A stretch of DNA of 61,785 bases, counting the filler, from Sphacelaria rigidula (taxonomy: Eukaryota), in NCBI GenBank assembly GCA_964200075.2. It is 3 parts of 3 records of this genome, joined end to end, with 100 filler letters (N's around TTAATTAATTAA, not from the genome) between each part and the next. Parts side by side here need not be neighbours in the genome. Positions count along the whole stretch, not along the records: positions 1 to 20,559 come from CAXNAA020000518.1; 2 more parts are not named here. One strand, 5' to 3'. Under the pieces are notes generated by a model, which was given only the letters and a program-made list of their open reading frames with translations, ran no database searches and was not told the origin of the DNA. The position numbers and the translations under genes are program-made. This document shows positions 1 through 12,345 of the stretch, in pieces. Position 1 is the stretch's first letter, and each line of letters begins with the position of its first letter.

Positions 1-825
1 AGCAATAGGTTCACATACAGGTCGGGATGCGGGCGCGAACGTACGGTTCAGGGCGGGGTCGAGATGCTGTCATGTAGCATGATGCGGTGTTGCGATGGTG
101 TGTATGGCGGGACCGTACGAAGCGATCGTAGGGGTGGATGCCAACGATTTCTCTTCCGACAGAGACATTGCCGCCTCATCTATGCTCGAACCAGATTGGA
201 AAGCTCGACGGGTATTTGCAGTACGGTTAGGTCGTGCAATAAACTATTCACGTTGTGCATCGGCCGTCGATTTTTAAGGACAGTGGACGCCCAATCATCC
301 GCTCGGCACATCACTGCGTTGGCAGTGATATCCCCCCACCACATCACTGACAGCACCTTACTGACCTTACTGACAGCAACTTGACGCCCGAGATTTTTGT
401 CTGGACACGAGCCTCGAGAGAAACAATAGTGAAAACATCGTCGAAAATCAAACAAACGTTGTTATGCTCCGTCGCCCGCAGCTAACCAGGGATGGGCAAC
501 ATGTGCAACCACGGACGCTCTTCCTACTCCTCCCAAAAATTGCACATCAGCGTCGTCGTGCGGTACTTCTGAGGGCTATTTATCACTCAACGGCTAGGTT
601 CTTCAAACCTCATTTCATTGATGAACCTCATTTTATAGAATCCCCTGTTATCTGGCGAAGAGTCAGGGTGGGGCAGTTTTCAATATACTGCTGTATGCTG
701 GATGAGGTGGACCTCGTATATTCTTGCTCAAACAGACACGCGGCGGAGTTTACTTTGTGCGGTTTGTTGGTCCTGACGGTTGAAGATGGTGATTGCTGCT
801 GTTGGCGTTGAAACTAGCAGTAACT

Positions 826-1072
826 GACACTTTCTACGATAGCCCCCCCCCAAAACCAGCGAAAAGTGTCACGAAAAAAATGGCCATACAACGCCTGATG
901 TTTGGGTTCAGGCTGCATGAAGCGCCTTATAGTGGCGACATTGGCTAGAACGAACCCAAACGTGGAGATTCCCGGCTTCTCGTTGTGCTCGGCGTTTCCC
1001 ATTTCGATTTACGTGTAGATTTTGCCTCCCAAAACCATGCACTTTTGGGGGGGGGCTATCGTAGAAACTGTC
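826..1072. mobile_element. 247-bp MITE with ~30-bp TIRs and 4-bp TSD (AACT)
   Basis: Left end gacactttctacgatagcccccccccaaaa, right end ttttgggggggggctatcgtagaaactgtc. AACT is at 822-825 and 1073-1076. The paralogous repeat at ~10695-10710 (minus strand gataactacgaaatgcgtagg) lacks the insert. Confidence 0.9.
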
Positions 1073-2955
1073 AACTACGAAATACGTAGGCTCGTATGTG
1101 TGCAAGGAAAACACGAGTGTGTTTTGTGGTTGAAGATGAGTGATTTCCGGCTATAGAACGTCTTTTGAAGAAATATTTAATTTTCGTCTGGAACGATCAT
1201 GTGGATGCAGTATCCCTTTCTTTGACTAAGGAAGCGGTGCAGGTGAACTTCAAGTCTGTTGTGACATGAACTGCATTATATATCGCGGTCGATCGACCAA
1301 TGGAATACCACGGTCCTGAATCCATGTTGGGATATTATATCTGGGTGCTTTCTGGGATGTATTCGGTAAAAACGAGTTCGAGAACGAAATCACTCGAGAA
1401 CGATATCACAACGGATGATCAATGATGGCAGAGGTCAAGCTCCGTTTGCTGTTGTTGGATTCGTGTACATGGCTTGAAAAGCGGTTTGAATCATGGCTTT
1501 TTTTTTTTCAGTATGGACATGAGTTGAGTAGCGCAATGAAGCTTTGCAGCTCTCAGGAAGAAGAGGTGTGAGAGACATACGTTTTCACGGAGTTGAACAA
1601 GCAAGAGGCCAGCTGCGATCGAGACGTGTTTGATACTTATTTGATTCTAGTTTCAGGTATATCGCTTGGCTGTTGCACTCCGTTGCGCAGGTGTTGAACT
1701 TAAGAAATATCAATTTGTATGTTGAACGGTATCGAATGCGAGAGAAGAATTGTCATGATGGCTTTAGAATTTGACTTTCGTTGACGATTGAGACTTCTTT
1801 GCCGGTTTGAATTCAGGAGACTTTTTGGGGGCATAGGTTTGAGAATTGGGCGTCAGCTATCGCTCGGTGACTTCGAGCGATGCAAGTAGCGTGATTGCGT
1901 GTTCATGATGGACGTTTCGGATCCTTTGCGAGTTGTTCGAACATTGGACAAGCTTGTATGGCTGTTATCGTATACTGATGTAGGGATTGCCATTCGAGGT
2001 GAAAGGTAATGGTAGACTTCGGCAACAATGATGTCTGAGTTTATCAAGCTCTAGGTTGACTACTTGTTGGTAGTAAGCAAGCTTTGGGGGTGTTGTAGAC
2101 TCCGGGCAACATTGTTACCTTAGTTGGGTACATGAATGCAGTCGGGAAAATGCATAGCAGGCATTTATAGGCTGGTCGATGGATAACGGGTCTGAGAGTA
2201 TGATCGGTGGACTCCGTGATGTATGATGTTTGCGTACGAGGTGTGTTGTCACTTCCGGTTGTAACTACGACATGCTGTTTGTATAACTGCTCGAGTTTAA
2301 AGTTCCCGGAGCACGTGACAGCGAGGAAGCCTCTGGAGCAGCACTGTGACCTTGTTCTGATTTCAGACAAGCCTACAGTTTTCACAGAGTTGAACAAGCA
2401 AGAGGCCAGCTGCGTTCTAAACGTATCGGGTACTCACTAGATTCTAGTTTCAGGTATATTGCTTGGCTGTTGCACTCCATTTGACGTCTGAGATTTTGCC
2501 GGTTTGGAGTCAGGAGACTTACTTGTTTGGGGCATGAGTTTGAGAATTGGGAGTCAGCTATCGCTCCGTGACTGGGAGCGATGCAAGAAGCGTAATTGCG
2601 TGTTCATGATGGTGTTTTTGGATCCCTTGCGAGTTGTTCGGAAAGTGGAAAAGCTTGTATGGCTGTTATCGTATACTGCGGTAGAGAATGCCATTCGAGG
2701 TAAAAATTGGCGTTAGCTGTAGCTGTATCTATGATGTGCACGAGGAGTCTATATCACTTCGTAGTTCCCCCCGTGCGTTTTCCGTAGCATAACTTACGGA
2801 TCGACTCGCTGAAAAGCCACGGATTTTCACAGACGAAAATTTTCCGAATACCGGATAACTTGGAACTCGGAGTATAAAAAATACTGTTCTCGATAAGCAA
2901 TCTACTGATGCGGTTCTGACCTTTTGCTGCGAATCATGACAACCGCGGTTTGCAC

Positions 2956-2956
<1 letters not shown>

Positions 2957-2998
<42 letters not shown>
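2957..2998. repeat. (CA)n microsatellite
   Basis: Directly visible. Confidence 0.95.
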
Positions 2999-3004
<6 letters not shown>

Positions 3005-4463
3005 CTCAAACTGCAGAGCGTAATCCAAATACGGCGGTGGTACGCGGATCTCAGATAGTTGATGCCATGGACTCCAACACCGAACACAGTGCAGAGCAAT
3101 CTCTTACTCCAGAGGCTGAGGTGAAGGTGCATATCACCTCCAGACCCGGTCCCGATTCTCCTCCTCCTTCTCCTCCACGTGAGAACTCTTTCGATTCTAC
3201 TGTGCCCACCCCCACACCTTCCAACAAGACAATAGGAAGCGTTCAACGCACGGTGGTCAATATCACTCTGGATGGACACTGGTGCTAGGGTAATCTCAGG
3301 GGTGTGGCTTGTGACGAAAATACGTTGTTACGTTAAGTTGGTAAAGTTGGTAGTGATGATATGGATAATGACTGGGGGCACAAGGATTCCCGAGGATTCT
3401 GGATAATGTCCGGGGATACGGGAATGGTAATCTGCAGGTCTAAAAGGTGGGTGCCTTTGAGCGGTACTCCTGATGATATGAGATGTTGTAGAAGCTGACA
3501 ACTGAAACTGAGGCCAGTGAGACTGGGGAGTCCCTCAACAGCAGTGATTTACCAGTCCTTCTACTGGCTGGCGTCACAATATCGATATGAGTGCTAGTGT
3601 TAGTGATAGACAAAAAACCTAGCAGAACCTGCTGAAAGGATTTCTGCGAGGAGTCTGGCGACTGGTGACAACCTGAAGCATCACGGACGCCTGGAGGGGG
3701 TTCAAGCTGATGATAGCTGCAGAAAGGCGGCTGGCCTGTCATTGATCCAGACTGGAGATTTGCTGAAGCTGCGTGCAGCGGGAGTTTGGGGATCCTTACG
3801 TGTAGACTCCGGGCAACATTGTCACCTTAGTTGGGTATATGACTGCAGTCGAAAAAATGCATAGCAGGCGTTTATAGGCTGGTTGATGGATAATGGGCCT
3901 GAGAGTATGATCGGTGGAATCTGTGATGTAAGATGTTTACATACGAGGTGCGCAGGTCAATTCTGGTTAACTAAGACATGCTGCTTGTATAACTACTTGA
4001 ATCTTGAAGTATCTGGAGCCCGTGACAGGGAGGAAGCCTCTGGAGCAGCACTGTGACCTTGTTCAAATTTCAGGCAAGTCTACAATAAACGTTCATTCAG
4101 GAAACTTGTTTCTGGATTAGATTCTCGAAGCTGCACCATATAGGGACGTTGAAACACAGGGGGGCAGGAAGCGGCGGAGAGAGACGCTGATCATATAACC
4201 GAAGGCGACTGAAGTACAGAAGCCTATTGAAAGGATGGCAGTGCGTATGAGGATGAAAGGAGTAGAGCTGAGAAGGTTCTGAGGTAGTGCAAGGGTGCGC
4301 TTTGGTATCGGTTAATCAACCAGCGGTTAATCACCAGCTATTGCCCGGAGATCCTGCCAAGAAACGCCGCGCAATTACGACCCCAGACGGGAGAATTGCG
4401 AGAGGGCTGGCTCAAGGTTGGCCAGCCGCGTGCAAGAAGAGAAGTCTAAGGACTTCAAACACG

Positions 4464-5359
4464 TGGTGAGACCTACGTGCGGAAGAGGCCCTGTGGCCGT
4501 TGTCGTTTGGTGGCCAAGCGCGTCTTGGTGTATGGAAACTTGTTGCTTCTGTGACTGAGAAACAACGCCGGTTTTTCTGGAGCCGCTGTTGAGCTGTTGA
4601 CGTGCTGCTTCGTGATTGTCCACCATGCACACGTGTCGTGGTGACTCGGCGCTTGATGAGCAGTGTGGAGGTAGCGGCAAAGCCTGTTCGACTATTCAAA
4701 ATGATGAGACGCAGCAATATGCCATCGTCGATGATCGTGTTGTTCCTGTACTGGCGCTGGAGGTGTCGTATTACGGCCGCAGTTTTCCGAGCGAGAAATC
4801 AGTCGATTAACGGGACTACGAGCAATACGTGAGAGATGTAGATGCGGTGAACGCGCGGTGGACAAACCTCTTTGAGGTGACGGCAGTTTCTGAACTCATG
4901 CCGAAACATATTGCGAAATGTCTGTGTGATGTTGGGCATAAGCAGTTGCTTTTCGCGTTGCGCAAGCATGCGCCGTCGAATGGGGTGCATGGCACAGTGA
5001 AAGCCGAGAAGCATGTGCCTATCAGAGGGGACAGGCACGATAGTGCACCCGCTGAACGTGCAGTAGGTTGTGCGCGTCTGAAACAACGATACGGGGCAGC
5101 TGCTTGCACTGTGAAAGGGGAAACGCTTGTGTCTGTCAGAGAGGACAGGCACGACCGTGCGCTTGCTGAACGTGCAGTGGGTGGTGCGCGTCTCAAGCAA
5201 CGATACAGGGCAGCTGTTTCCACTATGCAGAGCGGGAAGGAGACACAGCACATGTCTGTCGAAGCGGGTAGGCATGAGAGCGCGCCCGCCGACAGTACCA
5301 CGGTAAGCACTGGTTTGGATGCTGCTGGTATCGCTGTTTGTAGAGTAGTCCACCTCTAG
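4464..5359 (+). pseudogene. LTR-retrotransposon 5' remnant, copy 1: PBS-like site followed by degenerate gag-like frame
   Basis: ttcaaaCA-cg-TGGTGAGACCTACGTG at 4464-4479 has the layout LTR end, 2 nt, TGG. The downstream interrupted frame YAIVDDRVVPVLALE..YEQYVRDVDAVNARWTNLFEVTAVSELMPKHIAKCL is conserved in copy 2. Confidence 0.5.
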
Positions 5360-6224
5360 TACACGTACAGATGCATCAGGAGCTGCACGGTGATCCATGG
5401 AGGTTGGGTATGAATTTTCATCATGACATTAGGTCATGAGATACTGAGATACTCTCTGGAGTATGACCATGACTGCTTGACAGTAAATGTGTTGAAGGAG
5501 GTGTAAGGTGCCTTCCGATAACGAAGACTGTGTGTTTGTGAACAAAAACTGTGCCAAAGTCTCCAAGCCCTATTATAGTGTGGGAGGAAGCCCTAGGAGC
5601 AGTCTTGTGACCTTGTTCTGAGTCCTGGACGGGTCAATATGTTGAAGAGGACTGTAGACTCTAGCCACGTTGTGTAGGTGGAGTTGCGGGTCTCATATCC
5701 GGACTCTGTGGTAGGTGACCTCCATGTCGTGTAGAGCCGGTTTTGCTACTCTGGTGGCGAGAGGCTATGGTCCTGTTCTCCTGTGCTATGCTGAGGGTTC
5801 ATACATGAGTAACTAAAGCTGCTGAAGTCCATGTGCTCGTGATGGGAGGAGTCAACATGGCAATCTGATCTTAAGTGACAGAAGTCTACAATGAACGTTC
5901 ACTAAGTCCGCTAGCTGGCGTTAGGTCCGCTAAAAAGGCAGCTGACACTTCAAGATAGGGAAGTTTGCAGCAAACAAGACAAGGCGTGTTAACATCGCGA
6001 GGAGTTGGAGAAATAGAGCCGAGGAGGTTCTGGGGCAGTGCTAGGGTGAGCTGTGGTATCGCTCGTGCGAGAGATGTGGGGGATTGATCGACAGCTGGCG
6101 AGCCCGTGTGCGTACCAGAAAAAGGGGCGCAATCGCTGTACTGCCTGGTGGAGCCAGCGAGGGTTGCGTGCTCCACGCTTGGCCAGGTACGGCCAGGAAG
6201 AGGAGTCCAAGGACTTCAAACACG

Positions 6225-7111
6225 TGGTGAGACCTGCGTGACAAAGCGGCGCTCTGGCCATTGTCGTTGTAAGGTGGTACAGCGCGTCTCGGTGTAAGGA
6301 GAGAGTTGTTGTTCCTGTGAGTGGGAGGCAACTTCATTTTTCGAAAAGGCGGTGTGGAGTGCTGTACTGCTGACCGAAATGGATGAGGCGCAGGAATATG
6401 TCATCGTCGATGGTCGTGTTGTTCCTGTACTGGCGCTGGAGATGCCGTACTACGGCCGCAAGTCTTCGAGCGAGAAATCGGCCGAGGTTTTACGCAAATA
6501 CAAGCAATATTTGCGAGGTGTAGATGAGGTGAACGCGCGGTAAACAAACCTCTTTGAGGTGGCAGCAGTTCCTGAGCTCATGCCAAAACATATTGCAAAA
6601 TGTCTGTGTGACACGTAGCATGATTATGATGTTGAGGACGAGCAGTTGCTTTTTGCGTTGCGCAAGCATGCGCCATCCGGTGGGGTGCATTGCCCTGTGA
6701 CAGCCGAGAAACATGTATGTGTCTGCCCGAGAGGACAGGCACGACAGTGCACCCGCCGAACTTGCAGTAGGTGCTGCGCGTTTGAAACAACTATACAGGG
6801 CAGCTGCTTGCACTGTGAAAGCCGAGAAGCATGTGTCTGCCCGAGGGGATAGGCACGATAGTGCACCCGCTGAACGTGCAGTCGGTTGGGCCCGTCTTAA
6901 ACCACGATACAGGGCAGCTGTTTCCACTGTGCAGAGGGGGAAGGAGACACAGCACGTGTTTGTCAAAAGGGATAGGCATGAGAGCGCGCCCGCCGACAGT
7001 ACCACGGTAAGCATGGGTTTGGATGCTGCAGGTATTGCTGCTGGAGAGGGCGAATATGTCACGCAGCTCGAGCAGACTGCAGGCAGCTCCGCTGCCGCTG
7101 TTGCAGTTTAG
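6225..7111 (+). pseudogene. LTR-retrotransposon 5' remnant, copy 2: PBS-like site followed by degenerate gag-like frame
   Basis: TGGTGAGACCTGCGTG at 6225-6240; frame MDEAQEYVIVDGRVVPVLALE..KYKQYLRGVDEVNAR*TNLFEVAAVPELMPKHIAKCL with stops; internal ~114-bp tandem unit (DRHDSAPAERAVG). Confidence 0.5.
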
Positions 7112-10100
7112 CAGTGCGCCGAGCAGGAGGTGGCAGCTTTATCGAGTATGGGTGATACTGCTGCTGCTGTTGGCGATGTTGAGAGAGCGAGGCCTACATG
7201 GGCCAATGAGCAAGTACTGGTGGGCGGAGGTCCCAGTTGCTTGTTGCCGCCGGACCAGCGCGTAGCTGGAGATACTCCTTGCATGCTCGAAGCTGCAGGG
7301 GGATGTTATTCGCGTATGGCAATCGAGCAGGGTGAGCAAGGAGCTTGCCGTGCTCATGGTGAATCTATCTGCGCCGGTGACATGGCGAGAGACCGTTCAG
7401 ATGGTTCGTAGGGATGTCTGCTTGTAGGACAGGTGGATGCCGGGTTGGCAGAATTGCCGCCGGACCAGCGCGTAGCTGGAGATACTCCTTGCATGCTCGA
7501 AGCTGCAGGGGAGTGTTATTCGCGTATGGCGAGCGAGCAGGGTGAGCTTGGGGCTTGCCGTGCTCATGGTGGTCGTGTGCACTGCTGTATGCATGGACAG
7601 GTTTGGCGTATTTGGCGGCGTTGATTGCGGTGTCTTTGCCGCTGTACGGTCAGGTGCTAGAAGAGGATGGTGTGATGCCATCGGGAGGTGTTGCTATGCG
7701 GGACTGTATGAAAGTTCCCGTTTTGCCTCTTGTTTCCTCTAAAAAAGCGACTGAAGAACGAGCGTTCGTGAATGCGCAAGCATCTGTGGGGGCGGAAGAT
7801 TTGTCGCATTGGTTTTGCGGTGCGAATATACCTTTGAGCGGCGTGTTGAGCTACACCATGGGGGTGCTAGGTGTAGCTAGACTGAAGGTGCAAGTAGAGC
7901 GTGTCCGAGAGGAAAGGCTGCTCTACGCTGTGTGGGTTGAGGGTTGTCGTTCGAATGTTGCTGTTTCTCAGGAGCGGGCTGGAGGACTACAAAGAAGGCA
8001 TCACCTGAGGTATTTGCTGCTGCGGTGAGCGCCGAGTTGGGTGCTGATGTTGAGGAGCAAGTGCTGTGGTGATTGAGTGCTTGTCAAGAATTAGGAAGCA
8101 CATTATGACTGGTATTCGCGAATCGTTTTGGGAATGATTGCAGCTTGTTATTGTGTGGTTTGTGGTCATGTTGGCGCATGAGACATGGTTGTTGGGCGAG
8201 TATGATCGTATCGCGTGTGCAGGGTAAAACTCTCGCGTACACGTGAATATTTGGCAGGTGTGTGTTTTGCTGATGTGGTTGGCATGGACGATGGATGCAT
8301 GGTGTTTGCTGCGAGGAAGGCGATATTGCATGTGCTGAGTGAAATATTGGCATGCATGTGCGGATTTTCATATGCTGAGTGGAATTTGGGCAGGCATGTG
8401 CGAACTTTTACTCAAATGGTACTGATATGAATGGTATCTGGTGACGACCTAGGGTGGGGCAGTTTTCAATATACTGCTGTATCCTAAATGAAGAGAAGCT
8501 CGTATAATCTTGTCCGCGCAGGAACATAGTCGAATCATACTTGTGCTGTTTGCACGTATTGACTGCAGGATATATGGATTGCTGCGGTTAGTTTGAAAAT
8601 GAGAAAAACTACGAAATGCGTAGGCACGTACTGACTGTAGGAGACGGTGACAGCTGCTATTAGCGTGACCATGAGCTACAAGGTACGAAATGCGTAGGCT
8701 CGTCGTATGAGAGCAGGTATAACGCGAGTACTTCCGGTGGTTGAAGATAAAGACATTATGCGTGCAAGCATCAATGATATTTGACCGTGGCAGGTTTTGT
8801 ATGGATAGCCACGTGTTTGAACGAGCACGTGGTTGGTTTTTCGTTCATGTCAGAAGGAGCATGTGGATGATGCGTCTATTTGTTCGAATAACTGGTGCAG
8901 GTGGACTGCAAGAGTGTCGAGGAAATCATTATTCCTATATTTTGGCTGGTGCACGGATGGGATTTGACGGTCCAAGATCTAAATGAGATATAAAAATGTC
9001 TGGGATTTGCTCGAAAACAAGAGTTCGAGAACGAGATCACGAGGGGTGATCAATGATTGCGGAGGTTGAGGTCCGTTCGCCGTCGTTGGATCAGTATGCA
9101 TGACTTGAATAGCAGTTTGAGGCATGCCTTTCCTTTGATTATCTTGATGAAATGATGGCAAGTTGAAGCATTGAAGCTTAAACGGTGGGGAGGCATGCGA
9201 TGCATACGTTGTTTACGGTATTGCAGAAGCAAAAGGCCAGGTGCATTTTAGACGTGTTGGGTGCTTATTTCCTTCTAGCGTGAGGATGATGTATCATTTG
9301 GCTGTTGCACTCCGTTGCGCAGGTGTCGAACGTACAAAAAGTGCATTTTGTATATTGTGAAGTACCTTGTCTCGGATGAAAGGTACGATGAGTCTCGAAT
9401 GCTCTGAAATTTGACGTTTGCTGACATTTCCGGTTTCGTGCCGATGAATAATCAAGAGACTTGTTTTGGGCAAAGATTTGAGAAAATCACGCTAGCTATC
9501 GCTTTGTAACTCGAAGTGGTGAAAGTAGCGTGATTGTATGTTCATGATGGACGATATTTTTTGGGGATCTCTTGCGAGTTGTTCGGAAGTAGGGCAAGCT
9601 TGTACGGAGCTGTTGTCGAAAGCAGCGGAAGAGATTTTGCTAATCTTTGCGGAAATGACGGTACTATTATGCATCAATGATGTCTGAGCTTATCAAGTTC
9701 AGATGTAACCACCTGTCGGTAGTAGAGAGCTTTGGGGGTGCTGTAAACTCTAGCCACATTGTGTAGGTGGAGTTGCGGGTCTGATTGCCGGACTCTGAGG
9801 TAGTTGATCTCCATGACGTGAGGCTTGGTTTTGCTACTCCGGTGGAGAGAGGCTATGGACCTGTTCCCCTGTACTATGCTGAGGGTTAATACATGAATAA
9901 CTAAAGCTGCTGAAGTCCATGTGCCCGTGATGGGAGGAGTCAACATGGCAATCTGATCTTAAGTGACAAAAGTCTACAGGACGAACATGCCACGCAGCTC
10001 GAGTGGACTGCAGGTAGCTCAGCTGCCACTGTTGCCGTTCATGAGTGCGCTGAGCAGCAGGTTGTGGCTGAAGCGAGTATATTTGATTCAGCCGCTGCTG

Positions 10101-12007
10101 CCACTGCTGTTGAAAGCGCGAAGCCGATTTGCTCCGATGAGCTAGAGCTGAGCGGCGAAAAGCCCTTGTTGCTTGTGGCCTGTAGGCTTGTCTGAGCGAT
10201 CTCTTGCTTGTTCAACTCCGTGAAAACGCATGCATCGCACACCTCTTCCCCCTGAGAGCTGCAAAGATTCATTGCGCCACTCAACTAGCATACTAAAAAA
10301 AGACATGACTTAAACCGCTTTTCAAGCCATGCATACCAATCCAACAACGGCAAACGGAGCTTGACCTCCGCCCTCACTGATCGTCGGTCGTGATATCGTT
10401 CTCAAACTCGGTTTACCGACTACACCCCAGAAAGCACACAGACGTGATATCCCAACTCGGATTCAGGACCGTCATATCCCATCGGTCGATGAAGCGCCGT
10501 GTAAAATGCAGCTCATGTCCAAACAGACTTGCAGCTCACTTGTATCGCTTCCTTAGACGAACGGGCACTTCATCCACATGATCCTTCCAGACGGGAATAA
10601 AACATATCTTCAAAAGACGTTCCATACCCGAAAAGACTCATAATCAACCATAAGAATCATTTGTGTTTTCCTTGCGCACATACGAGCCTACGCATTTCGT
10701 AGTTATCGCTCATTTTAACGCCAACAGCAGTAATCACCATCTCCTATGGTCAGGACCAACAAACCGCACAAAGAGAACTCCGCCGCGTGTCTGTGTAAGC
10801 AGGAATATACGAGGTCTACCTCATCCAGCATCCAGCAGTATATTAAAAACTGTTCCACCCTGACTCTTCGCCAGATACCATGCGCACTACTAACATACGG
10901 TAGCGAACATTCCACACATGCATGCCAGCATTTCACTCAGCATATGTAATGTCACCTTCCTCTCAGCAAACACCATGCATCCATCATCCGTGCCAACCAC
11001 ATCAGCACAACACACACCTGCCAAATATCCACGTGCACGCGAGAATTTCACCCTGCACACGCGATACGATCATACTCGCTCAACAACCATGTCTCATGCG
11101 CAAACATGACCACAAACCACACAATAACAAGCTGCAATCATTCCCAAAACGATTCGCGAATACCAGTCATAATGTGCTTCCTATTTCTCAACAAGCACTC
11201 AATCACGACAGCACCCAACCCAGCGCTCACCACAACAGCAAGCACCTCAGGTAATGTCGTCTCTGTAGTCCTCCAGCCCGCTTTTGAGAAACAGCAACAC
11301 TCAAACCACGACCTCGTGCACAGCATAGAGCAGCGTTTCCACTCGAGCACTCGCTTCTCGCGCCATGAGTCCAGCTACAGCTCGCACCCTCGTGGAGCCG
11401 CTCAACTCGCCACTAAACGGTATATGCGCACCGCCGAACCAATGCGACAAGCCATCTACCTTCACAGATACTTTGACAGTACTGAACACCTGTGCTCTAG
11501 TCAGTTTTGCAGAGGAAATGCGAGGCGAAACGGGAACAACTACACAGTCCCGAACAGCAGCACCTCCTGGTGGCAGTACACTATCCTCCTCAAACATCCC
11601 GCGGCGCAACAGTGGAGACACCTCCGCCATCGCCGCCGAACACGCCAAAGCTGTCCATGTAAACAGCGATGCGTACGACCACCGCAACACCACGCAATCC
11701 AGCGAATCCACATCCGCCAACCCGGCATCCACTTTTCCTGCTAGCAGACACCCCTGCCAATCATCTGAATAATCTCCCGCCAAATAAATCACTGGAGCAG
11801 ATAGACTCGCCCTGAGCATTGCAAGCCCCAAGGTTGCTCTGCTCATTTTCATCACGAAGATAACACCCCCTTGCAGCGGTAAGCATGCAAGGTGTGTCCC
11901 CAATCACGCGCTGGTCCGGCGGCCACAAGCAACCAGGGCCTTTGCCGCTCAGCGCTAGCTCATCGGAGCAAATTGGGCGCTCAGCGCTAGCTCATCAACA
12001 CGGCTGA

Positions 12008-12345
12008 CCAGGTATACGAACAAAAAGATGAGTTTGTATACCTGGGGGGGTCGATTACGGAGAGTGGCGACCTCTCTGTGGAAATACAAAAGCGCGTACA
12101 AGGGGCATGGTCGAGCTACCACGAGTACAAAGTCTAACTGTACAATCGACCGAACGCGGCCGTCCACCTCAAGGTCCGCATGATCAAAGCCGAGGCTGTC
12201 GAAGCACTCCTGCACGGGTGCGTCACATGGACCCTTCTCAACGATCACTACAGTACACTGCGCACGGCCCACCATGCGTTGCTCAGGCGCTGACTTGCAT
12301 GGTACAAGCGCAATCGCACAGACCACGTTCTGTCATACCGAGAGA
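12008..12345 (+). mobile_element. RTE-like non-LTR retrotransposon fragment (RT thumb / C-terminal region)
   Basis: Manual translation gives EFVYLGGSITESGDLSVEIQKRVQGAW..LY.RP....HLKVRMIKAEAVEALLHGCVTW, which contains the F.YLG and L.YGCE.W-type LINE motifs, with stops. Confidence 0.8.

Larger units (their letters stand above)
640..12000. repeat. Nested cluster of decayed, mutually homologous repeat segments (LTR-retrotransposon-derived, non-autonomous), in direct and inverted orientation
   Basis: ~640-1610 matches ~10200-10880 in reverse complement; ~7290-8480 matches ~10860-11940 in reverse complement; ~4260-5340 matches ~6020-7040; ~5650-5885 matches ~9745-9975. The motif gaggaagcc..ggagcag..tgtgaccttgttc recurs at ~2322, 4030, 5585 and 19540. 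Confidence 0.85.

Noticed and set aside
4990-5300. CRISPR-like array in the ~114-bp repeats
   Set aside because: Units are whole tandem duplications without unique spacers, in a eukaryotic retroelement context
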